DNA from: Fimbriosthenelais zetlandica
Taxonomy: Eukaryota
NCBI GenBank assembly: GCA_977030845.1
Contig: OZ365111.1
Location: 45,694,001-45,758,000 of the forward strand
Length of the DNA: 64,000 nucleotides
Reading direction: 5' to 3'
Positions 54,101 to 64,000 of this stretch are shown piece after piece (the stretch's first letter is position 1; every line of letters begins with the position of its first letter). Below the pieces are notes generated by a model. That model was not told the origin of the DNA and did not search any database. It saw only the letters and a program-made list of their open reading frames with translations. The translations under genes and the position numbers were made by a program.

Positions 54101-57100
54101 TTCAAACATGGAAACTTCAAACATGCGCCACTCCAAGTTTTCAGGGTCAGGTAGGTTTTACCCCGAGACGGCCAGGGAAATGGGTCAGATCTGTTGGTAC
54201 TTTTGGCATCCCACTATATTTCCACTCCACCTGTGTGTGTGTGCATGACATACAGAAAGGGTGAATCATTGGCGACTGCCGATACCGAGCTTTACGTGCG
54301 GCCCTTTAAGAGAGAGGTTGGCTGTGAGAGGCGGTCTTTGCCTGCTAGCTCCACTAGAGGTCTCGCCTGTACTGAGTTGTTGTAGAGTTGTGTTGTGGTG
54401 TATGTCAGGCGCGTGATGTACTGTTTAGCTCGGGCCTGCATCATGTTGTGATCTAGTGTTTAGCTTTGAGAGCAGATAATCATCTGGCTTATATCTCACA
54501 CCACCAGTTAGATGCTTGACACTGCAACAGTTTAAATGCCTCAATTCTCCTTCATGGATATACTTCATTGTTCTATCTCCCGTATACAAAACAAAGTAGG
54601 ACATGGGGGACAATTAATTAAACGTAGACTTACTATATCCATTTATACTCAAAATATATATCATCTTTTCAAAGCAGTGCTTCTGATGTATTGCTGCTGT
54701 ATTCATTCATCTATTGTGATGATAATGTAGTCGTGTTTCATGTTTGGATATAGAGATTGAGGATAACTTCTGCACCTCTGTCAGTTTGTATGTTTATGTA
54801 CATCTCGTCTTGCCCTGTCAGCCTAGAGGAAAGTTGATCTCTGTGTTCCCAAGTGGCCTCTACCTTTCTGGCTAATGACAATGTGCAAATCTCTCATGTT
54901 ACTAAACGAAGGGGGAGAAGCACAACAAACATACCAATATTCTATATTTTGGGAAGGTTGGAGATGGGGCTCTGTAGGCTATACCCTCCATGCCCCCTAG
55001 CTATTATCTGGTGCATTTTACTTCTTCAATATGGGAGCATGCATTGAGCTGGAAAAAATATAGTCATAAGTTGGTACCATAAATGATACCAGTCTTGTAT
55101 GATATGGGATATATCTAGGATTATGTCACTCATACCACTCAGTGACCGCAATGCTCTAATAGCGTTTATCTATATAATTCATAGGACATAATGCTATCGC
55201 CCGCATATGACTGGTTTCCCCCACATTAAGTGTTTTGATATGTTGTCGCATGTATTCATACACATCTCTGTATTTCACTAATGGCTGCGAGTAAAAGAGA
55301 GATGAAGGCAAATGCAATGCGGACATTAAGCGTGTACAGCACAGAAGCTGAGGCCATTACTGTATGGGATTGCAAATGAGCAAATCAGACTTTCACTATG
55401 CATGCATATCCCACTGGGTTCGGATCATTGCTGCCTGACCTAACTGGAATGAATAGCCACACCTCCTACCCCTCCCCCACCCCACCCTACCTCCCATACA
55501 TTGAACCCAGAAGGCTGACCAACCCAAGCCTAAATAGTAGCCCCACTGGATGATGAGAGACAACCCTATTTCTGCCACCCTTCCCGAGAGAGCTCAGCGC
55601 CAAATATTTGGCAATGATCCCCCGAAATGAGGATGAATTCAGCCGATTTAGCGCAGCGTTCCCTAGCGGCAGACACGGCTGGTGTGAGTTAGCTGGGGCA
55701 AAATGAGAGGGAAAGTGAGTAATCCCACCCCTCAATGGGTGATGGCCCCTTAGCTGCACATCCCAGGCCCCAAACGTGCAATCCTCGTGGGGATTGGTTC
55801 CCCCTCTCTCCAGTGGCCCTATACATTTAGCCCCTGGGCCTTCCGTGTCTTTGCAGGCATATCTATCATCACTGATAAATGTAGCAGTTGATGGGAACTG
55901 ATGAGGCATAGAATTAAGTATCTGGTCGGGATGGCTGGTGCTGAATTACTATATGGGAAATGTTTTATATTTACAACCTATATATTTATGATGAAGACAT
56001 GTTGGAATTTTTAAAATATTGCCATCCGAAATGGTCACAAGACTCGGAGGTTGTGGTATTTGGTATGCCAAATATAATACTTTTCATTTATTCTTGCTTT
56101 AAAATTGATAGCACGCTCCCTTTAATTCCGAATATGGCGGGCCTTGTCTAGTTTACAATGCCGAGCATGAGAGTCTTGATGAATGTATAGTTAAAATGAT
56201 GGATACATATACAAAATTCATGCCTCTCCCGTCTGTTAAATATCCGTTTTACACTCACAAGCTTCCCATTTAGTATGCAATTATTCCATCCATCATAATA
56301 GCACCGCGCTGGCACATAATTGATTACGGCTGATGAGACATACATATTACTGTTATTATAATGGGGCGAAGTCATCTAATGGAAGTTCATTTGGCAGGAT
56401 GATGTAATAGCCGACATTATATCAGCCCCATATGGCCCTGTCCCTGTGCCATTTTCCCCACTTTTTTCTAATCTCAAAACAAAGGCGGTTTCATTAACAT
56501 GACGGTATATGAAAAACATTAAGCAGTCACAATAAACAATGATAAAATAATGATGTCCTGTACTGATTAGGGGCTGGATAAATGGTTTGATGGATCTGCT
56601 GGGGAAGTTATATAGTCTTGTAATCAAACAAATCATTGGAGTTGACATTGGAAGCCATGGCAAGTTTCCTTTACACTGACGCATGTTTCAGTATGTCTTG
56701 ACGGCTGAAATATGAAGTGGAGCCATTATAAATCACTTATAATGTGTCTTGCAAGTGATAGGTCATGTTTAAAACCTCTTCTAATCCTTCCAGATGGCGT
56801 GTGGGGAGGGCAGTATCTGCACTGCATTTTTACCATATCAAAGCCTTGAGGAATATGATCAGCCGAGAATATAAACCCATCCTCTGTGCCTCTTATAAAA
56901 AACAGATCTCTATCACTACATTACTGCCTGTGTTATCCTCATAATACCAACAATTTTCTTCTTGGCAACGACGCAATTGCATGGCTAGAGACATTTCCTG
57001 ATTCCAGGGCGCCCATCTCCCATTGAAACAATATAAAAGTGCCCCTGAAACAAGGTATAAACGTTGAAAAACGTGCCTCTTTAGCTTGGCCAGCGCTTGT

Positions 57101-59449
57101 TTATACCCATCGATCTTCCCTTTTGGAGAATTTCCCTCCAAGCAGAACACACCACTGCGCCATTACATTAGAAATCTACTTGACCCTTTACAATTAGTGC
57201 AAAATAATTTTTCCCTCTGGAAAGCAAACATATTAAGCGTGGTGAAAAGGACCGGTAAAAGGAATCAGAGATGCCTGCCAACTGTTATATACTCCACCGT
57301 GCCAAGTGGCACCTGGCCCGATCTTTGCTGGCTCTGAAAACCACCAACTTGTGCCACTGGAACCAGTAACTCTTTATATACCTCCAATTATTCTATACAG
57401 TCCCTATTCAAAGGATGGGAGATTTGAATTTAAATATTCAATGAATATTACATTGAAGAGGCAAGATGAAATATGACCGTGCTTGTTTCTGAGCATTAAA
57501 TTGCACTGCACGGTCTATTTATGATTCATGCTCCTGTCAAATTTAATAATTTCACAAAGATTAATGCACATTTATTTGGTACCGGTACTATAGTGTCATT
57601 TAGACAGTCGTGACTAATTTAGGAAATATCATATAGCCACTTAAAGTCATAAAAAATCACTTTTCTGCAGGCTATAAACTTTTACTGCGGAATCAATGCT
57701 TGTCATGTCTATAGCCCAAGGTTAAAATGCATTTTGTAATATTAATTTAATTCACTAACCTAAATGATATTTCCGCGTCATGCCTTGAGGCAACCACAAA
57801 CTGAAATATGTCAGTCAGGTATTTATAGGTACGAGTAATATTTCAGATAAAAAGTGGAAAATAACATGTGTGGACGTACGTAGATTGGGAAGCCACTTAT
57901 ATGGCTTACCGTGCTAGTAGTATATGGAAATGGAAATTTAACCCGTTAGTCTCTGAAGCCCTGGTGCTTTATATACCAGGACCTCCAGGCCATGGCTTCT
58001 CCAGGGCCGGAGGGCTTACTCCAGTGCATTTACACCGGGCCCTTTTCTTCATCCTAGTCACACCTACCCCGGGTGATCATTTCGTCATCACTGATTCAAT
58101 TCTCTCACTTATTGCATTTTCTTTCCAATCTAGTCTGTAAAGGAACTGAATTTGCCAATGCGGTCCATGCATGGGTAATGCAATTCTGGCTAAGTAACCT
58201 ATTACTTTGCCCTAACAACATCTTTTCTCTCCAGCCTCAAGGAATGCAGATATCCCCACTTCTAGCTGGCTATCTTTGGAATAGGATTTTCCTTTGAAAA
58301 CCTTGTCTGTGCACTGCATTCCTATGCTGAGCTACATCAGATTATCTCAGACAGAATGAGAAAGTCTCATTCATTTCAACCATTTGAAATTCACTTTCGG
58401 CTCTCGATTCGAATCAATTTTCAAAGGAAAAACACTTCCTCTAGAATCAGTTAACCTATTTTTTTTTCTAAATGGACAGAAAAAATCATATTGCCATATT
58501 TATGTCTGGTTCTTGTAGTTGTGGGATGTATATCCCCCGCCCCTTCTCGCACCACCCAGCATCTGTGGTATTCAATTTCTCTGCCTGATCACATTTGCTG
58601 CCTATTTTGGCTGAGTGGTTTGCCTTGCGTCCTGCGCCATCTACATTTACAAGGCCAGATGGGAGTTGTTATTCCATCCATAGCAGTCAACTGCATTTTC
58701 TCATTTTCTACTGTGCCTCCGCCAGTCCGAACCGGTTGAAGTATCCCACTTCTGGCAGCAAAGCATAATATTGTAAACCACCCGGCCCACTCTCCTCCTC
58801 CACCACTGCCTTACACCCCGGCATCCCTCACTGATTTGATTGTCCCTTCAATCGGCACCTTTAGGAATAAATCACACACGTGCCTAATCGGGTAATATTT
58901 GCGTAATGGCCAATAAGGAAGTTTAGCTTGTGGAGGGAAAAATAAAATAGAATATGACGAGGATGGTGTGGTGAGGTGGTGTGAGTGAGCGGCGAGCAGG
59001 CAGGAGAGGGAGATGGGTTTTACTAAAGATGTTAAGGCGGGTGATCACTCAATTTGCAGGCCAGCTCTAACTGGGTTAGGTGTCACAACACGCCACGAAT
59101 GACAATAGCGACTGATCTGGCCGACCAGGAGGTGCTGCATGGTTGCCATGGTGATCAAGAAAGCTGTGGGAGCAGGAGGGGTGCCGTGCTGGGGTGAGGT
59201 GTACAGCCTGCCGTCTATGGTCGGCCTTGTGTTCTTTAAGAGGTTGACGTGCTAAGCTCCATGTCTTCAGACTGTCAATGGAAAATTGTTTGACTCTCAA
59301 TTAACCCCGGCTCCGTGGAATATTGCATTCTGGAAAGCATTCATTAATTGCTTCCTGGAGTGTTTAAGTAAAAATTCTGTCTGTCGCCCTCTATCTCCCT
59401 TTCCCCTTTTCAATCTCCCTCGTGATCTCTTTCTACCTCACTCTCCTGA

Positions 59450-59454
59450 TCTCC

Positions 59455-59519
<65 letters not shown>

Positions 59520-59533
59520 CCTCTCTCTCTCTC
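59450..59533 (+). repeat. (CT)n microsatellite
   Basis: Near-pure (CT)n of about 80 nt. Confidence 0.97.
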
Positions 59534-60556
59534 TGAGCAATCCCTCCCAACATCTTGCCATAAGAAGTACTGATGTATACTAAGATCATATAATAGGAAT
59601 ACAACAAGTATGACAAGTATGAATATGTGTAAGAAAAATAATACCCTGTGGATTGGTATAGCACAGTGGAAAAACAAGAGCCAATGAAAAATGTGAGTTT
59701 ATTGCCTGCATACATCACATCGTCGCCCCACATGAACAGACTAGTAATTTCTCAAACAGCATTTAACCCTGAGAATGAAGAAGTCTGTCTGCTGTTGACT
59801 CCCCTCCAGAAGCCATGATGGAGAAGCCATGTCTGTAGTGTGGTGTTGTTGTCACCCTCCCTCCCACCACTCTACAACTACCCCCTCCAGGCAGGATCTC
59901 CAGGGCGTTACCATGGCATGTTGGGGGGTGTGAGACCACTCCCAGGGGGTGTGAATTACTGATGGGGTGATTGGTAGTGTTGTAAGCTCCCCAGGGGGAA
60001 AGAAGGCAACTCTAGACAGCTCCCCTGAACAGGACAAAGGCGCCTCCATTGCTTGTTAAAAAGTCACTAATGGGAACGCTGCTGGCTTAGTTTACCAGCC
60101 CTACACTCCCCTCATGAATCTCTATTTAAACTGTTTGCATTAAATCAGGGCTTAGTGGGCAATACTTAAAGGCTTAGAGTCTGTATTGCTGCACCCATTT
60201 TTTAGATCATTTAAATATAAAGGACTCTAGTGCAGTATTATTTCCCACTTTAACTCCGCATTGGTCCATCGATAAGTTGATCGACTGAATGTACTATATT
60301 GCTCTGATTTTAAAAGATATAACTTCGATATTTAATATTGTGATGTTAGGTTTTAGAAGCTGTGCCCAGGTATTTATTCAAAGAATAATTTTAATATTGG
60401 ACTAATTGGCATTCAAGTATTGTCTACTCGGTCAACTGTGAACTTAACTAACGCTAATTGTGCTCAAATTGAGTATTAGTACTTTCTCAGAACTGCCGTT
60501 TACTTTGATTGAACACCCCTAGCTGTCCTTTTCTGAAAGAATATGTCAGAGGTATG

Positions 60557-60655
60557 TAGGTGTGAAATGAACAATAAAACACCTCCAGGTGCAGAATGTC
60601 TATAGATGTGAATGGACAATTAAAAAATCTCCAGGTGAGAGGGAAGAATGTATAG
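60557..60655 (+). repeat. Degenerate tandem duplication with a period of about 47 bp
   Basis: gtgtgaaatgaacaataaaacacctccaggtg versus atgtgaatggacaattaaaaaatctccaggtg; each copy carries a CAGGTG E-box. Confidence 0.6.
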
Positions 60656-63600
60656 GGGTCTTTTCTACACCTGGTCAACACACCTTGTATGTACATATTA
60701 TGTAAATCCTGGAAGCTGTAAGACTAAGATGGCGTGACGTGTCAGTGATAGGGGCGAGGTGATGACAGAGTGCCTTAATTAGTGGGGAGGGACAAGGAGA
60801 AGAAGTGGGAAAAATCAGGAGGGAATCGATGAACAGATGTTACATGCCATTTATACCTGAGTCTTTATCAATTCCCCCACTGACCATTAATTGACTGTCC
60901 TCTCTGTAGTCACTGCACTTTTCTCCTGATAGATAATTTGTAGGGAACATATCCTTACGTAAATAAACATGTTAAGCTTCGTGTTGCCTGAGGGATATAC
61001 CTTTGGGGTTAACCGTTAAATGTGCTGATTCATTTCTCAGTGCTAAAGGGACAAAAGGCAGTCCGTAGAACCACCCATGAGCTTGAGAGACATTCTGAAT
61101 GAATGAGATGGGAAGAGGAAAATAGAGAAATGGGAAAGAAAATCTGGAAAATATGCTTGTTCTACAAACACATCACCGGCCTGAGGGGGAGGGGTGCGGG
61201 GAGGTGGGTAATATAAAAGGTAGTGTGGGCGCAGAACGCCTCAAGGATCGATCCATCTCAGAGGCTGATCCGACAAGATCCTGGCCGCATCCCCAAGGTG
61301 ACACCTTGATCGATCTGATCGCTTGGGAAAGGTGAGACCTACACGCCACAAAAGGATTACCTGCCCGTAGCAACCTGTCCAGACCCGGCCCGCCTTGCCA
61401 GGCAATATTAAAAACATTGTAAATATAGCGCCAATGGAGTCACGATATGCTTGTAAAGAGGCCAGGGTTTGTAAGCTGAAAGCTGTGGGATTTTATACTG
61501 GCATCTATTGCTCTCGGGTCTTGCTAAATGGAGAGAGTGTGGGAGATGCTGACGCTGACCTGTATTTTTCTCCCCATAAATTTGCCCTGGTTAAATCTGT
61601 TTTATTCCTAGCGAGCCCGAGGCGACTACACCATGTCCCTCTGAGTTTTATTTAGGTGTAGATTTAAGGAATTTTGCCCTATAGGCATACTGCCTTCTCG
61701 AGGATTGGAGTTCGGGGAGTTCAGTAGAAAAATACTTTATATTGAAAAACATGCTATAGATTATCTTAGGTAAGAGATTGGGATGGAAATCCTATAAATT
61801 TCCTTTCAGGAATGTGCCTCTGTTCAATATGCCAGGAATGAATGCACATTTTTCAAAGGCTAAGTATCGCCGCCAGTGATACCACGCCAGTTGTTGATGT
61901 GTTAAAACCTTCTCTTGATCAAACAATTTGGGGAGGCTTAGCGGCCTCTAATGCCTCGCTCGCGGCCAAGACCATTTCCCTTAATGAACACAGTATTGAT
62001 GATTGTCTTATCGCCATGGCAACCGAGGTCACCAGGCTAGCGCCATTGTTTGTGACTTCCGGCAGGGAGTTCCGGTTGCAAAGGGATCCATGGCGGAGCG
62101 GAGTCGTTCATTTATTTGGCCACGTTTAGGCTAGGATAAGCATGCTGTCTAAATACATGTCGGGCGGAAAACGTTCCACACCAAATGGGACTATATTTGC
62201 ACGGCGCATGATGTGCCGGCGTGCCACTTCTCAAAGATAGTGCGTGCCAGCAAGACCAGATCAATACGCGCCCCCTAAGACAAGTTCACTGTGGATTGGA
62301 GGCCTATTGAGGTGCAGATAAAGGCGGCTTACATTCGCCTCATAAATCCCCAAATTGGCTGATAATGGGTGCATGGTGGAGAGGTGAGGTGTAAGCCTGT
62401 AGGGCGTAGGAATATAACAGGCAACACGGCTGAATGTGTCGTCTGCCGCGACAAGACCTAGACCTCATTTCCTCCATCGATCAAATGGCATCACAGCTCT
62501 AATATCTCCAACCAGAGATGAAAGGATTCCATACTCTGTCGCCCTCAAACTGGAATTTATAATATCGAATATTTTCCAGATTTTGAAACCGACGTTGGTT
62601 TAATAATTGGGAATTTTGGTCTTTTGATAAAGTTGGGTTCAATCTCTTTTACCACTCGAGATTGCTTCATCACTCAGTGGAAAGGAGTAACTTTTTATTA
62701 TCATCCTTGGTGATTTTTCCTCTCCATCGATGTTTGTCCATATCTGGCCGGGACCAGAGCCGCTGCTGTACATTACTTATAAATTTATAGGCTGTGTTTC
62801 CCCCTGCCGAGAAGGCAGAAGGATGACATGTCATCCGCGCCCTGCCCTCATTTCCTATATGAAAGGTATCTCATGGAAAGGCATTTCCTCTCAGCTTCCT
62901 CAGACAAAGCTATTTCCATTCCTCCCCATATCGATAAATCATGAACCCTTTATGCTTCGCCCTTTACCGCCATTTCTATTACAGGAAGTGGGGATCTGGG
63001 AGCCATGAATCTTTGACAGTCTTCCTTAGCCAGCCAGGCCCAGGCTTGATGTGGCTTTAGGGCCTATCTCTTCTGCTCCTTCCAAAATATTACTTTATCC
63101 TATCGCTTCGTTCGTGTTGGTTATAAAGAAAATATAGGTCCCTGTTGATATGGATCCCTGGAAATATAGACGCGTCTTCAAGCTTTGTTTTGAACTATAA
63201 GGCATTCGTTCGTTCAATTCAGAATAATCAATGGTTTCTATTTTAAGATATACAGTTAGGATGTGCTTTCTATTTTAGAGTACATTTATATGTATACTTA
63301 AGCTTGGGGGATATATGCCCAAAACAGCAATTGACAAAAACACCAATGGTAAAACCGTATTTGTCAAAATGTAAATACATTCAGAAATTCAGCCCTGAGA
63401 GTTCCCTGTCCTAGATGAGGAGTGAGGGAAATGGAACATGGAAGTCATATTTCAACTCTAATCTCCCTGGTCAAAATATAATTCACCATTACCGCTGGTG
63501 AAAACAATGGGGGAAAATGCAACCCTCAAAGAGAGAGAGGATGATGTAGGGGTTGGGATTAAGAGCCTCGGGGTCATACTAATGGCCATCCCAATGACTG

Positions 63601-64000
63601 GCGACATCACTCCCACCTAATCCCCTGGCATTAATGGTGATGACAGAAAATGTTCTCCCGGACAGACGCGACCCACTAATTTTATTTATGCGCTCTCACT
63701 ACACATCGGCTTAACATGTTTATTAGGATAATTGATCTATTTTGGGGGCTGGCGTATGGCCCCAGGGTGTCCCCCCTTATGGTTTTTCACATAACCCATC
63801 ATCTTAATGCTGTGGACACATGATTTATGGCTCTTCATATATAGATCCATTGGGGTTGCGTGGACAATTTTTATGGTGCTTAACCGACAAATGACATGGT
63901 TCAATAACCTTACATGCCTATTTTATTACTGAGAACATAATTTTTTGAAAATTGGTTAATTCATTTATGTAGCACTCAATGGGGAACTTTTCATCACAAA

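Larger units (their letters stand above)
1..64000 (+). other. Window lies inside a large + strand transcription unit (introns >32 kb, 5,932 bp, 12,766 bp and >13 kb)
   Basis: Inferred from the three internal exons; no convincing first exon, preceding exon or following exon was found in the window. Confidence 0.6.

Noticed and set aside
56893-57150. TSP1-like FNGRWAPW in a minus-strand ORF
   Set aside because: Only the first few residues fit; the WSxCSxxC pattern is missing.
2454-59733. Leu/Ser-rich and Arg/Glu-rich ORFs at 2454-2787, 25988-26329 and 59286-59733
   Set aside because: Translation artefacts of CT/GA microsatellites.
60167-60520. TTAA-AGG start suggestive of a Kolobok-type end (also near 12139 and 48675)
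   Set aside because: No matching inverted end found in the window.
1-64000. CRISPR arrays, rRNA, tRNA, tRNA-derived SINEs, intact retroelements
   Set aside because: No regularly spaced repeats, no tRNA A/B boxes in a cloverleaf context, and no RT/integrase-like ORFs seen.

Overview
Eukaryotic (animal, probably invertebrate bilaterian; species not determinable) genomic DNA that is almost entirely non-coding. No prokaryotic genes, CRISPR arrays, rRNA or tRNA were seen, and none of the supplied ORFs is a convincing stand-alone gene. By reading splice signals I recover three phase-0 exons on the + strand (32023-32157, 135 nt; 38090-38125, 36 nt; 50892-50924, 33 nt). They splice into one open frame, MQSGHLKGHLHPLEEIVDRKPSLSQLQQNGPTCRDRTISHDRVKE|GINNSSSGSSYL|CDSVSSGLDNR. 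This resembles, from memory, the exon 3/4/5 region of human AUTS2 (...HRSSSRERLSD|SSAPSSLGTGYF|CDSDSDQEEK) in motif, exon size and phase, so the window is probably the giant-intron region of an AUTS2/FBRSL1/tay-family gene. The clearest structure is a 1,226-bp non-autonomous DNA transposon (34919-36144) with perfect 163-bp TIRs starting CACTGTA and a 5-bp ATGTT target-site duplication (a Transib/RAG-like signature). It appears to carry a second, nested GAG...CTC (Sola2-like) element. A candidate recursive-splice site/RS-exon (7421-7465), further candidate cassette exons, RFX X-boxes, Hox-Pbx sites, enhancer-like blocks and CT/GA low-complexity tracts are also reported. Family comparisons are from memory and need database confirmation.
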